A DNA stretch of 64,000 nucleotides from NCBI RefSeq assembly GCF_006345805.1, contig NC_042998.1:191642001-191706000 (forward strand), read 5' to 3'. How positions within the stretch are numbered: the stretch's first letter is position 1; every line of letters begins with the position of its first letter. Positions 40,813-54,880 of this stretch are shown one piece after another. Below the pieces are notes generated by a model. The model saw only the letters and a program-made list of their open reading frames with translations. It did not search any database and had not been told where the DNA came from. Origin of the DNA: Octopus sinensis (taxonomy: Eukaryota). The translations under genes were made by a program, and so were the position numbers.

Positions 40813-42744
40813 TTATTACTGGCGTGTTGCCGACGACAGGCACTTTGAATTCGTCAGTGCTATATTCCTGGCAATAGCATCTGTTAATTCATTCCCTCCA
40901 GGCCTTGTCTTTAAAAGCTTTCTAAAAAGTGATTTTTTTTTTCTATTGGAATAATAAATGCGTTATTACGAACAAGAGGTGCTAACCATATAAACCGATG
41001 CTAAGTGAAATACAAGTACAATATACAGCAAAGAAAGGAAGACAAGTACCAGATATGGCAGGTTTTATAAGCCTCACCGGGAAGTAAGGAGAGAGCCAAT
41101 AGGTTTGAGGAGTGAATGGTTGAGAGCAAATAAAACCCGGAAAATAAGACTAGTAGATCATATTTGGTTTATTTCTCGAGGGAATGAAGGATGATATAAG
41201 CGAAGAACTTTGAAAAGGAAATAAATGCTCGTCGTATTATAATAGACAACATTAAAAAGATATCTTGGTTATATAAAGAGTTAAGAATTGTATTAGGTTA
41301 ATAACCATACGTTAAATAGTATTCTCGCTGAATCAGTCATGTGTTTATAATGCGTTACAGTAAAAAAAAAGATAGTATTTTCTAAGCTTCTAAAGATGTG
41401 GAGTATATTCAATTCCGTAACATATAAATATTTCGTTCAAAAACTTCCAGTGGGAATCGATAACTCGTCATGTGACTTGCTAGAAATATCTGCCAAATCC
41501 CTATCTTTATGGAGGTGCAAGAAAAAAATAAACTAGGTAAAATGTCATTGGATGATGTAGTCCTAAAGGCACTGCTACTGAGGAAAATAATAGAAGACTC
41601 TCACAGTTGGAATCAAGGTTTTTGCTAATAAAGCCGCCCGATCATAATTGTTCTGGAGCTAAACAATAACTACAATTCTACGAATAATGAAAACAATAGC
41701 CAGCAACTGTGGAGATTTGAACTCAGGAGCTCTAGGCAGTTAAACAGACAATGTAAAGTATCTGGTGTGCTTAATTATGTCTTCACGCTCTCAAATACTA
41801 TGATAAAAATAAACGAATAAGTCAATAAATAAAACAACATTTCTTCTCACAATAGGCAGGAGCAAAGCAGCGTTAGCTCGATGATATATTTAGACGATTG
41901 ACAGGAACCCCGAGAAACAGGATTAATCCGATTCGATTAATACACCTTCATTCTAAACAATGATAAACACTTTCCAAAAATACTACTAATATTTTTCATG
42001 AATATTGGTTCTTACGAAAAGTAGGCTAAAGCTTTTTAATCCATCACTGCATTTTTATTTTTCAATGGTTTTGTTTTCTTTACAGGCAGAGATATTTTTA
42101 GCTTATCATATCAGGTCTTTTAATTATAATTTTGTTACCGTTCTACTGCTTTCAGTCAAATGAAGAACGTGAGCTTGAGATGGGATGAAACAGAGACGGA
42201 TTTAAGAGACATTATCCAGGAGAACGTTATCAGCGATTGTTTATTATTTTTCTGTTTCATTTCTTTCATTTAAATAACTTGCATAGTAACAAAGATACAG
42301 GTTCACTTCAAATTACTTGAACTGAAGAAACAAGGTTGTGCAGTATATACTATTAGAGGCGACCTACCCAGTGTAGTTTTTGCATAATTATTTCGCAAAA
42401 ACTCAGTTATAGAGTTAGTTTCACATTAATTCAGCATCACATTAAAACACGTGTCAACAAATGAAACTCAGAACGCTTAGTCTTCTAGATAGAGCAATCA
42501 ATTTTCAATTTACACCCTACTGTACGCTAGGTTGGGTTGTCCTGGAAAAGGTGGTTTAGACATGGATGGAATGCTTTTGATTATTTGACTTCACGACCAG
42601 GTTTGATTTGGCTTGAATTCTTACATAGATGTCAAGATTTACACTACGTAGAAGTCAATCATTGATTCGTTGCATTAATCCTGTTTGGCCAATATAATTC
42701 ACATTATAGACACGTAATACTGTAACATAGATGGGAATATACTG

Positions 42745-43085
42745 GTTTCAAATGTTGACACAAGACCAGTAATTTGGGGTAGGGGCTAAGTCGATTACAT
42801 CGATCTCAAATGGTACTTATTTTAAAGTCCCCCAAAAGAATGAAAGTCGAAGTCGATCTCGGTGGAATTTTAACTCAGAGCATAAAGACGGACAAATTGC
42901 CGCAAAGCATTCTGTCCGGCGTGCTAATGATTCTGCCAGCTCGTCGCCTTCATACCTTCATACATGGGAATATACTGATTTCAACTTTTGGCATCTCGAC
43001 GGAATTTGAACTTAGAACGTAAGACGGACGAAGTGCCGCTAAGCATTTAGTCCGGCATGCTAACGGTTCTGCCAGCTCGCCGACT
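42745..43085 (-). mobile_element. Two degenerate family A SINE fragments
   Basis: gaatttgaacttagaacgtaaagacggacgaa...ttctgccagctcgcc head occurs twice. Confidence 0.75.
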
Positions 43086-43169
43086 AATGCGTGGGAAGGT
43101 ACTAAAGTATAATTCGTAACAGTTTTGAATCTACTAATCCTAGTATACAAATCTCCAGTCATATGGAAA

Positions 43170-44145
43170 TTCTTCAGAACTTCCTCTAGAAACGTTCCAA
43201 AAGGCTGCGAACATCGATGAACCCCCCAAAGCAAGGCAGGTTACGAGAAACGTATCGTCAGACATGAAGTAAATGTATGGAGGAAGCGAGTCCTTGTGAT
43301 TAGAATTTCAAAATCGAGCATTCCCCGCATGATAAAGAGCTATTATTGAACAAAGTTATATTCTAGGAATGTTTCATACTGTCAATGATCTGGATCGAAG
43401 AATAGAGTGATATTTGTGGGTGATATTTGGCAAGATTTCTAGAAGCACACTTTCCAATAAAACTTGCTTGGAGTCATGCGATTACATTTAAATTTAATTG
43501 CTGAATTAAATCGAACAATTGTACCGGCAGGGTACTTTAAAATGCACACGTATACTGAGGAACTTCAAATTAATTTACTAGGAGTGTCCTAGGACTTTTC
43601 ATCAGCAGGTAAAAATGGACCATTTTCGTTAGATTGTACTGTGGTTGGTCACATTTACTTGAAATTTATGTGACTATCTAACATTCCCAATCATTCAGAA
43701 AGAATTTGAATATGTATTTTCAGCAAGATGGGGGCAAACCCACAGTACCATAGCATTATGAGGGGATTACCTTGATAAGATTTTAGTAAATAGATCGATT
43801 AGACGAAGAGGGTCTGTAGGATATCTTCCGCATTTACCGGACCTCATTGCACAATACTTTTTATATTGGGATGCTTAAAAGATAACCTTTACGGCAAAAA
43901 TCCGGAAACAGTCAGTGAATTCAGGACAAAAATTCAACGAAAATCTGCACAAATACCAAATGAAATGTTTCTTAACGTTCGTTGTGTCAGTAATGCCTGC
44001 ATCAGAACGGCCATCAATTTGGAAGGACGCATTTATAAAATAAAATACCTCTGAATGTGAATTCTGTTAATTTTGAAAATGAAATGTATTTTAATTAAAA
44101 CTGCTTGTATAATCATTCAGTCTGTGTATATAGTTTGGGGAGAGC
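43170..44145 (+). mobile_element. Decayed Tc1/mariner-superfamily transposon (maT/DD37D-like)
   Basis: FQQDGG..H, IRRRGSVGYLPHLPDLIAQYF and WGCLKDNLY motifs correspond to QQDGAPPH...WPPRSPDL..LDF.LWG.LK. Confidence 0.7.
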
Positions 44146-44825
44146 TTCTGTGTGTTGCTGAAACATCACAAATTAACTGAAGGGAAATGTCGATGTCAAG
44201 ACCAGTAATGTATTGTTGAAACATGGATAAAAATCAAAATGGATTCTGCCTGGATCTGAACTTAAACCAGAATCAAATGCACAAGAAACATAATTTAGCT
44301 CCCATGACGAGATTAAATAAAGCTCATTAAGCATTTAAATCAATGGGTTTACTTCTGTCATTTCACAGTCCCGATAAAGATTTATCACTTTGGCAAAATG
44401 CCACGAAATTTTAATGGAAGTTTGTGGTGGAATTATCACGAGACCAAGATGTTGCTGATACTTTGTTTGTCGGACACGTGGTATTCAAAGACAAAATCAA
44501 TCACGTTTGAATTTGGGATTAGGATCCAAAGTGACGAAATAAAATAACGCAAAACAGAATTCTATCATTTGTGATGCACACAACCCGCGTAATAAACGAA
44601 TACACATACGTCGTATGGGTAGTTACATGTTTAATTAAGCACGAATACAGATAAAGGGGGATAATGCTTTGCCATCAGTACCACAAAAAAATATATCTTG
44701 CTACTGAGTCGTGCTAAAAAAGAATACCAACTTCTGAAATGATAGCCTAATCTATATCCTGTTTATATGAATGTTAACAGCATATTGATTAGGCTACACA
44801 CGCGCACACACACACATGCATATAC

Positions 44826-44907
<82 letters not shown>

Positions 44908-45774
44908 ATATATATATATTTATTTATTTATACATATTCTCCTAGCAACTGATGTAACAACGTATCTGATAAACTAAGTGATAAACTAAGTGACTGTTCC
45001 TACATGAGGACTATGTCAAAACCAAAATCACAAATATTCCACTTGTAGTCACCTATTAACCTAGTCACTATAACACCTTACATTCGATCAAACGATACAT
45101 TCCTATCTTAACCCATTTATCAAATCTCAGGAAAATAATTAAAAAATCCTATATTACAAACATCGGAAGATGACTTACCAACTCTTAAAACATTTTAAGC
45201 AAAAACAAAATTCACATCGGAAAAGAAATATGACAGAGAAATATTGCGGTGACCGTCATTGTTGGACGTGCAAAATAACTGAAAGAGGCAAAACCAAAAT
45301 ATTGAAGAATGGGAAATAAATGAAGGTTAATGCAAATATGATTTACGAAACAGAAAATTTCATTTACAGTATTACGTGTCTATAATGTGAATTATATTGG
45401 CCAAACAGGATTAATGCCACAAATCAATGATTGACTTATATGTAGTGTAAATCTTGACATCTGTGCAAGAATTCAAAATAACCGTATTTCTTTTCAAAAT
45501 AAGGAAGAAAATGATCACCTAGTAAAGGCAAAGTCAGAATACTTTATAAAAGTCCCAAATTCTAAGCTATACAGGAGATATCTAAAATTGCTTCTAAAAC
45601 TAAATTTATCAATCATACAACAATTGTTTTTGAAAAGCTGTATAATGGCGAAAGCGTTTATAGTTTACGGATGCTTTTTATCTTCAAGATTCGAGTCGTT
45701 CTGCTTTTTTACGATTAACAGTATAGAATTGATAATATTTTTAGGTAAGATCTTTCTTCACATATGTATCCATA

Positions 45775-46020
45775 TGTTCCTTCTCGAGCAATGCCAGGCT
45801 CATAAGGGCCGGTTTTGCGGTTTCAGTGGCGTAGAAATTGCCCACCTGGACGGGACGCCGGTCCGTCGCAGGATTACTCATTTTGCCAGCTGAGTGGACT
45901 GGAGCAACGTGGAATGAAGTGCTTTGCTCAAGAACACAACGCAACCCCCAGTCCAGAAATCGAAACCACAACCTTACGATCATGTGTTCAACACCCTAAC
46001 CACTAAGCCACACGCCTCCA
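45775..46020 (-). mobile_element. Chimeric SINE (family C-like head, different core, tail type 1)
   Basis: Tail shared with 7240/49480; core shared with 15790-15832. Confidence 0.75.
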
Positions 46021-46321
46021 TGTGTATTCGTATAGCTATGTTTATATATGTACATCAACATCTATATGTAGAAGAATGCAGTAATATGTGTGCGTGCATG
46101 CGTGCGCCTGCGTGTATGTGTGCATATATGTGTGGGTGTGTCTGTGTCTGTATGTGGATGATGTGTGTATGTATGTGTGCGTGTGTGTATGTTTGTGTAT
46201 GTGTGTATATTGTACGTTGGAAGTGTGCCATATAAATCATTAGAATTTGCGCACCATTTCTCAAAATCAAGTGTGGACCTGTTATAAGGTTTTTGTTATG
46301 ATGGTGAAGAGACAGCATACC

Positions 46322-46537
46322 TCTCTCTTTACTCTCTTTTACTCTTTTACTTGTTTCAGTCATTTGACTGCGGCCGTGCTGGAGCACCGCCTTTGGTCAA
46401 GCAACTCGACCCCGGGACTTATTCTTTTTGTAAGCCCAGTACTTATTCTATCGGTCTCTTTTTGCCGAACCGCTAAGTGACGGGGACGTAAATACACCAG
46501 CATCGGTTGTCAAGCAATTCTAGAGGAACAAACACAG

Positions 46538-46599
<62 letters not shown>

Positions 46600-46762
46600 G
46601 ACAGGCTTCTTTCAGTTTCCGTCTACCAAATCCATTCACAAGGCATTGCTCGGCCCGGGGCTATAGTAGAAGACACTTGCCCAAGATGCCACGCAGTGGG
46701 ACTGAACCAGGAACCATATGGTTGGTTAGCAAGCTACTTACCACACAGCCACTCCTGCGCCT
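46322..46762 (-). mobile_element. SINE family B, full length
   Basis: Complete head aggcgcaggagtggctgtgtggtaag and tail. Confidence 0.9.
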
Positions 46763-46926
46763 CTGTTAGTTTCGTCAATGTAATCAAGAGGAAAATAACC
46801 AAATTATCTGAAGCAAGCTGAAATTAGATACCGTCGTGGCAGAAGGAGCCTCTAGCAATAACGGAACTGTCCTTTTGGTTTTCTTTTCTTTCTCTCAGAG
46901 TATTGAAAAGCTTAACATCATAAATA

Positions 46927-48219
46927 TTGGGTTATTCCATAAATTATGCAATTTTTTATACTTCTTTTATTTTTTAAAATTAAGATTTCTTTTTAATCTA
47001 AACAAATTTCTTTTTAATCTAAAATATATTCTTCTTCATTTTCTACAATGTTCTTCCATCTATCTGGTACACATGCAAGACCCATCTTCCAAATTTCACT
47101 CGTCCGTGACGAAAAATACTCCTCCACTACTGTTCGCAACACGTCTACAAAATTCAAATTTTTTCCGTCCAAATGACTGCAGAAAAAGTGATAATCAGCT
47201 GTCGCAATGTCGAGCGAATATGGTGGGTAGGGCATAGTTTCCCACTCAAATTGCACCTGTCTTTGGAATATCATATTCGTTGTATGTGGCCGGGTATCTT
47301 TCTGATGGAAAAACACATTTTGTCTTAAAACCAAAGATCGTAGTTTTTCTTCTGGCGCTGACTTAAGACGCTCTAGCTGCTCGCGGTAGATCTTTGTTAT
47401 CGTTTGGTTTGGGTTTAAAAGTTGAAAGTGGACTAAACCTTTCATATCGTACCAACAAGATAACCACGCCTTACGTGGATGATGACTTCTTTAGCCTTTG
47501 AATGCCGGTAATTCTCCTTTCCTTACTCACTGTCTCTAGAGCTTGACATTTTTATAGAGAACCCATTTCTCGTCACCAATCAGTATTCGGTCCATAAAGG
47601 GTTCATTCGGGAGATGTGATAGCAAAAGAGAGCACACATCCGTTCCCTGTGCGCGATTAAATTCGGAAAGTTTGTGAGGAACCCATTGACCCAATTTGCT
47701 GACTCTTTCGGTGGCACGCATGTGTTGATGAATGACTGAATGAACAAATCCAACCTTCTCTGCTAGTTCCTAAACGGTTACTATGAGATTTTGTTCCGCA
47801 ACGGTTTACAAGTCATCCTCACGGAGCTCTGCAGATCATTCAGAACGAGGCTAGTCTTCTAGGTTGTAGTTTCCGGCTCGGAATTTCTGGAACCACCGCT
47901 GACACTGGCTTACGATTATTATCTAATCCTCATGTACTGCATTAATATTCCCCGCACTTTCCGTTGCGCTGTTGACTTTATTGTACTCATAAAGCAAAAT
48001 ATGCCAAATATGTCCATTTGTCACTTCCATTATAGCTTTGAAAAAAAAAACCTGTTAAAATCGAACTGTACTCTTCAAAGCTTGCAATAAGAATAAGCAA
48101 CAATGTAAAATTACTACCTCTTTTTATAGCAAGTTGATGCAGGTAGTTTATCCTGTTTCCCTCCGATTTTTAGTTCATACAATTGAGAAAAAAAAAACAT
48201 TATTTATGGGATAACCCAA
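46927..48219 (-). mobile_element. Full-length mariner transposon, TA TSDs, non-functional
   Basis: TA-ttgggttattccataaat...atttatgggataacccaa-TA; about 1.3 kb. Confidence 0.93.
47014..48030 (-). pseudogene. Mariner DD34D transposase pseudogene
   Basis: MEVTNGHIWHILLYEY start, WVPHKL, ILIGDEKWVLY, HQKDTRPH, PYPPYSLDIATADYHFF; stops and frameshifts. Confidence 0.92.
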
Positions 48220-48342
48220 TATTAGCTGGTTTATCTGCCGAAAGATGACAGAGAAAAGCTGCTGGTGCTGCTTTCGTTGTGATTTACCTCTTCGTAATCC
48301 GTGAGGTTCCTAATAATTCAAATTAATCTTTTATATATATAT

Positions 48343-48397
<55 letters not shown>

Positions 48398-48404
48398 CAT
48401 GTAT

Positions 48405-48442
<38 letters not shown>

Positions 48443-48474
48443 GATAGATAGATAGATAGATACATGTATATGTC

Positions 48475-48531
<57 letters not shown>

Positions 48532-48722
48532 TCATACATATTCATATACATGTATATATATATATGCATATATCTGTGTATAAGTGTATATATGCATATA
48601 TATCTGAGTATATATATATATTTGCATGTACGCATATGCATATACATGCATGTATATAATATATATATATGTACACACACACACACACATATATATATGT
48701 ATTTGTATTTGTGTATGTCCAT

Positions 48723-48770
<48 letters not shown>

Positions 48771-49479
48771 TTATATATATATATGAAGAGAGAATATATG
48801 GGATATAACGATAAGAGAGGGAGAGGAAGACAAGGCAAGAGACGTAACTAATGATAATAAAAAGAAAGATGAAGGCTTCCAGATATGTATATGTATATGT
48901 GTATATCCTGTGTGTCCAATGTATCCTGTGTATTAGCAACAAGAGCAACATGCTGAGTTAATCGCCAGTGCGTTGGAACACATCCATATAACATCATTGG
49001 CAATTGTTGGCATTTTTATCGCTTTATTTCCTGTTTTTTCTCCACATTCAAGGTCTGGTTCAAGAATCAATTTCATAGAGATTCTGTCTTATGGTAAGAT
49101 TGCTGACCTTTTAAGAAGACGTGCTGTTTTCTATGTGCGTGTGCATTAACTCACAAAGGAAGAAATTCCCAAAGAGTTCAGTTTTGTTTTTACTACCACC
49201 TCGGCAAATTATTGAGATTCATTGTTTCGTAATTGACATTTATATTTTCGCCGTGCATCTAGTTGAAGAAACTATTTCTTAACAAAGCATTTTGCTCCGT
49301 AATGTTCCAGCAAGGCAGTACGATATTGTTTTTATTACAATGCGTTTGCCAGTCGTTTTAGATGCTTACGAAATTGTGATTATATATAGACCCTCTTGCG
49401 TCTCCCATCCTTGACCCAGAAGAATATCCAAGATGTCGCATGTAGATGAAGAAAGAGCTTCAAAATAGTCGCTGGGACT

Positions 49480-49782
49480 TGTTTGTTCCTTCTCGAGCCA
49501 CGTATGGCTCATAAGGGCCGGTTTCCCGGTTTCCTTGGCGTATAGGTTCCCCACCTGGATGGGACGCGGGTCCGTCGCAGGTGAGCTGCTAGATGCAGGA
49601 GGAAAGAGTGAGAGAAAGTCGTGGCGAAAGAGTCAGCAGAAGTTCGCCATTACCTTCTGTTAGAGCCACGTGGAGCTTAGGTGTTTCGCTCATAAACACA
49701 CACATCGCCCGGTCTGAGATTCGAACCCGTGATCCCTCGACCGCCATTCTACTGCTCTAACCACTCGGCCATGTGCCTCCAC
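49480..49782 (-). mobile_element. SINE family C (tail type 1)
   Basis: Close match to the 7240 copy; TSD ctgggacttgtttg. Confidence 0.9.
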
Positions 49783-50296
49783 TCACTGGGACTTGTTTGC
49801 AACTGAGTAGATGAGCAAGATAAAATAAAATACCTTCCTTAAAGAAACTAGGTGCGAGACGGTCCAACGATCGAACTCACGGATGTGACCCCAAAACTGT
49901 AACTACTACGTCACGCGTCTTCTTGTACGCATTCACCTAAATAAGTACATATAAATATATTTGTATGAACTCACCCATACGTGCGTATATACACTTTATG
50001 AAATGGAGATGGATAGTGAAGATTCGCATTTCGATAAGTACGTGTGTGTTGTATGTATGTGCATACATATTATACATGTCTGTGTGCACACGTGTGAGGG
50101 AGTATATCTGTGTTGGAGGAGACACGTCTACACCTTATCATGTTTATAGACATAGAACATTCGGTTTGTGTTCCATGCTAACAGTGCAAAATCTAGATCA
50201 TGTAACACATCATCTCTTATGACACAAGTATCTTGTTACAAATAAGCTCTCAAGTAGTACTAGTTTTTATCTGAATCTGCAAGTGAGAGAGGGAGA

Positions 50297-50338
<42 letters not shown>

Positions 50339-50522
50339 AAAGGGGGAGAGGAGAGATACAGAGAAGCACAGATAAGAGAATGAGGGAGAGAGAGATTCAG
50401 AGACAGAGAGAGACAAGAAAAAGAGAGACAGAGAGAATAACCTAAGGCGCGATATATAATTAAAATGAAAACCGACAGATAAATGTGAATATATAAATAT
50501 ATATTATATTTTTAAAATATGC

Positions 50523-50576
<54 letters not shown>

Positions 50577-51517
50577 TGCATGTATGTATGTATATATATA
50601 TATACGCTGTTTCTATGCCTTAGTAAAAGACAGTGCCTGGTAGACTGTTTGGAAATGTGACCGTTCCACTATTTCTATAATGGATGACGTATAGCTATGA
50701 ATTCAATTTGACCCACTTACCATCGTTTCCATACGAACTCAGAGAAATCAATTATAAATCACTACTTTAACCTGCTTATTTGTTTTTATTTTAAACACAT
50801 TTGCGTCTGTTTCTAACATTGCCCGTTGACTTTTTTATTTTTTTTCCAATAAATGTGACCACTTCTCATCGTTAATGTTTTTCCTCTTTACCTTTTACTC
50901 GTTGTCTTCACAAGTGAATTTCTTGTACTAATTTACATCTGTGTAGTCTCTACCGTATGACCTTTCTATTTTAGACGATTTCCTATCTAAATGTATAATA
51001 TTGTTGTCGACGTGGCTTTGTATTTTTAAAATTAATATTGGAGACGTGTCAGTCTATGTTTATTTGGGGATGATTGTGCTAAACATAGCGTTTAATGGAG
51101 CAATAAAATAATTTTTTTTTTTTTTAAAGGCTATGACTGGTAATTATAATAGGTCTCAAGCACCAGCGACAAGTGGTGTCTTCAGATCATAAATGATGGG
51201 AATTGTCAAACGTGAATAATCAATAAACATAGTAGTAAGAACCATAACTATGAAAATTGCACCTGTAACCTTGTTTCGTGCTTGTTGGTAAAGTGAAGAT
51301 AAAGAAGTGCATGTGTTGATTTAACATCTGGAAATGTAATGAGATCTGTCTTCGAGAACGTTACATGTGTAACAAGTTCTTCGATCAAGTGAATTAATGC
51401 GTAAAGTGACTGAATATTTCAAAGATGCGGATATGTACTTCATATTTTTCTCGACATTCGGCCCGAGAGAATGTGTCAAGGCTTGATCTCAAAGTTTCCA
51501 TAAACTGAATTTCAAGA

Positions 51518-52105
51518 AGGCGACGAGCTGGCAGAATCGTTATATCGCGCCGGTGAAATGCGTAGCCGTATTTCGTCTGCCGTTACGTTCTGAGTTCAAA
51601 TTCCGCCGAGGTTGACTTTGCCTTTCATCCTTTCGGGGTCGATAAATAAAGTACCAGTTTCGCACTGGGGTCGATGTGATCAACTTAATCAATTTGTTTG
51701 TCCTCTCTGTGTTTAGACCCTTGTGGGTAGTAAAGAAATAGGTATTTCGCCTGTCGTTACGTTCTGAGTTTAAATACCGCCGATCGACTTTGCCCTTCAT
51801 CCCTCCGGAGTCGATAAATTAAGTACCAGTTACGCACTGGGGTCGATGCAATCGACTTAATCCGTTTGTCTGTCCTTCTTTGTCTTCTCTGTGTTTAGCC
51901 CCTTGTGGGTAGTAAAGAAATAGGTATTTCGTCTGTCGTTACGTTCTTAGTTCAAATTCCGCCGGGGTCGACTTTGCCTTTCATCCTTTCGGGGTCGATA
52001 AATAAAGTACCAGTTTCGCACTGGCGTCGATGCAATCGACTTAATCCGTTTGTCTGTCCTTGTTTGTCCCCTCTATGTTTAGCCCCTTGTGGGCAGTAAA
52101 GAAAT
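51518..52105 (+). mobile_element. Head-to-tail trimer of SINE family A within one TSD
   Basis: Three units; actgaatttca flanks the whole array. Confidence 0.9.
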
Positions 52106-52240
52106 ATATACTGAATTTCATGCACTCGAACTGAGCTAAAATATATCTGTTCAAGATAGCAGACCCTGGGATAGAATCGAGCACCTTATGGCTACTACGG
52201 AACAAATTTTGTGTGTATATGTGTGTGAGTGTATGCGCAT

Positions 52241-52282
<42 letters not shown>

Positions 52283-52527
52283 ATGTATGTGTAAAACAAG
52301 GTTACGAAGATGATAGAGTGTTTGAGCTAATTCATTACTCAGGCTTACGCCACCATCTGTTTCTTCTCTCCCTTTAGTATTCTGACCAAAAACTTGGTTC
52401 CCTGCTCCCTTACTTTATTCATGCAGCTATTAATCTGTAAATGTTCAGACGGAGTCGTGTCAACGTCAAAGTGAAAAATCCAGTTAGGCCTGCAGCAACA
52501 AGCATTTGACAATATTATATAAAGATA

Positions 52528-53320
52528 TAGGCGCAAGCCTGGCTGTGTCATAAGAAGTTTCTTTCCCAACGACGTGATTCCGAGTTCAGTCCTACTGCGG
52601 AGCACTTTGGGCAACTGTTTTCTACTATAGTCTCGGGTCGAATAGACTCTTGTGAGTAGATTTGGATCTTTTCGGTTTGAACGGCAGTTTTTTCTAGCGG
52701 TGTCATATGAAATTGTCACCCATAATTATGACCATAGTATCGATCTATTGCATTTCAATCTGTTTTAGTTAGGGTTAGTTAGGGTTAGGGGTGGAGGGAA
52801 GGGTATCTTTTTTTCTTCAGAAATGTAAATAAACCCAATCTGTTTCTTAAACGAGGGACATATTCATACGGCACAGAATGATTTTACCTCAATACACGTC
52901 ATTGATCGGTTGAAATTGCAGAAATTGAAGAAAAAACAACAACAAATATCTTACAAACTATAGAATTTTCTCAAGAGAAAAAGATGTTTTATAAACACAT
53001 TCTACCAGTATACGAAGTTTAAAAGTTTTTAGTTACCTGGAAATTATGTTAAAAACTGCCGTTCAAACCTATAAGATCCGTAGATTTATTTCATGGGAAC
53101 TGAAAAACAAACCTGTGTGTGTGTTTGTTTATGTGTGTGTTTGTTTATGTGTGTGTTTTTGCCCCCATTACAGCATGAAAAACAGTGCTAGTGTGTCAAC
53201 ATTTCAGTAACTAAGTAATTCCGAAAATGAAACCGGTATAATGAGTAGCAGACTAAAAGAATTCTTCAAGGCAGTGCCTCAGTATGTCCTTACCAGTCTA
53301 ATGACGGAAGCAAGTAAAAG
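52528..53320 (+). mobile_element. Degenerate SINE family B interrupted by a MITE
   Basis: Head aggcgcaagcctggctgtgt...gagttcagtcctactgc...ttgggcaac; resumes after 53087. Confidence 0.65.
52664..53079. mobile_element. MITE with 28-bp TIRs, GG termini and 8-bp TSD (Merlin-like)
   Basis: ggatcttttcggtttgaacggcagtttt ... aaaactgccgttcaaacctataagatcc, flanked by gtagattt on both sides. Confidence 0.88.
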
Positions 53321-53357
53321 ATACAGACATATTTCAGAGCAGTTTGTAGTTTTATGA

Positions 53358-53887
53358 CTAGCAGCATAGCCCGGCATTGCCCGGGTATGTAAGAGCCCCT
53401 GGAGCAGACATGATGCTTGCTGTGAATTTAAAAAAAATTCCTGCCAATTTATGAAAGATATTGTCGAAAATATGTCATCTTGAATTTGAACGCGATTTCC
53501 CAAAATGGTATGATTTTATCGATTTTTTCTGATGGTAAGGTATTGCATGGAAAACTAACGTCAGAATTAAGTTTCTTAGGGTAACATTAAGCTTCACCAT
53601 GAGTTTGGTGAAAATCGATTGCAAGTTGCGAAAACTACAACAGAAAATGTGTTGCAAATAAAAAGCTTAGATTCTCAACCCTACGTCGAATTTATCAATT
53701 TTTTTCAGAACTGGGGGAACTTATCAAAATTTTCGCTGCGTTAGTTTTGAATTATGACATGTGTGTGGGTTATGTCTGTGTCAAGTTTCATCAGAATCGG
53801 TTGAAAGCCGTGGTCAGGGTGAGGGTACAACCTGACAGACACACAGACACACATACAGACAAACTGCCGTTTATATGGAGAGAGAGA
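53358..53887 (-). mobile_element. Non-autonomous Helitron
   Basis: Minus strand begins TC, ends with hairpin cccgggcaatgccgggc then CTAG, inserted between A and T. Confidence 0.85.
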
Positions 53888-54334
53888 TTAGATCAGAAGT
53901 GCTACACTTAATCCGTTGCTCAGTTTAATCCAAGTCATAGCCTTTAGATGCCCGTAACCGAATTCACTGTTGCAAACATTCACCCACTGGTAAACATGTG
54001 GCGTAGATCTATTCGAGCACGTTTCATTGACCAGTCAAGTGACACACCGGTTTTGTACTCACTGGCATCCTATCAGTATTTGTTCACTATAGCAACCTAT
54101 GTTAAGTACCTAACACACGCAGACACACGCAAGCAATTCCTATCATTTACCCATACGTATGCGCGCGCAATACTTTTGCTCCCTTTTCTTGCTTTTCTCT
54201 CTTTCTCCTCTCTCTCCTTTCTCTCTCTCTCCTTCTCTCTCTCTCCTTCTCTCTCTCTCTCACTCAATTTCTTCTCTAGAAGCGAATCCCATTAAAAACA
54301 TAACGCAAATATGAAAGAAAGTGTAGCTTGCTTA

Positions 54335-54463
54335 CAAACCACATGGTTCCGGGTTCAGTCCCACTGCGTGGCACCTTGGGCAAGTATCTTCTACTAGGGC
54401 CTCAGGCCGACTAAAACCATGTAAGTGGATTTGGTAGACGGAAACGGAAAGAAACCCATCGTA

Positions 54464-54558
<95 letters not shown>

Positions 54559-54604
54559 ATATATAATTATATGCATATATATATATATATATGCATATAT
54601 ATGC

Positions 54605-54652
<48 letters not shown>

Positions 54653-54880
54653 GCATGTGTGTATATGTTTGTGTGTCTGTGTTTGTCCCCCCAACATCGC
54701 TTGACAACCGATGCTGGTGTGTTTACGTCCCCGTAACTTAGCGGTTCGGCAAAAGAGACCGATAGAATAAGTACTAGGCTTACAAAGAATAAGTCCTGGG
54801 GTCGATTTGCTTGACTAAAGTCGATGCTCCAGCATGGCCTCAGTCAAATGACTGAAACAAATAAAAGAGTAAAAGAGTAA
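54335..54880 (+). mobile_element. SINE family B with expanded internal (TA)n
   Basis: ggttccgggttcagtcccactgcgtggcaccttgggcaagt ... gactgaaacaaataaaagagtaaaagag. Confidence 0.9.

Noticed and set aside
49052-49093. Acceptor-like site followed by VWFKN, resembling a paired-class homeobox exon
   Set aside because: Continues QFHRDSVL instead of RRAK, and I found no helix 1/2 exon
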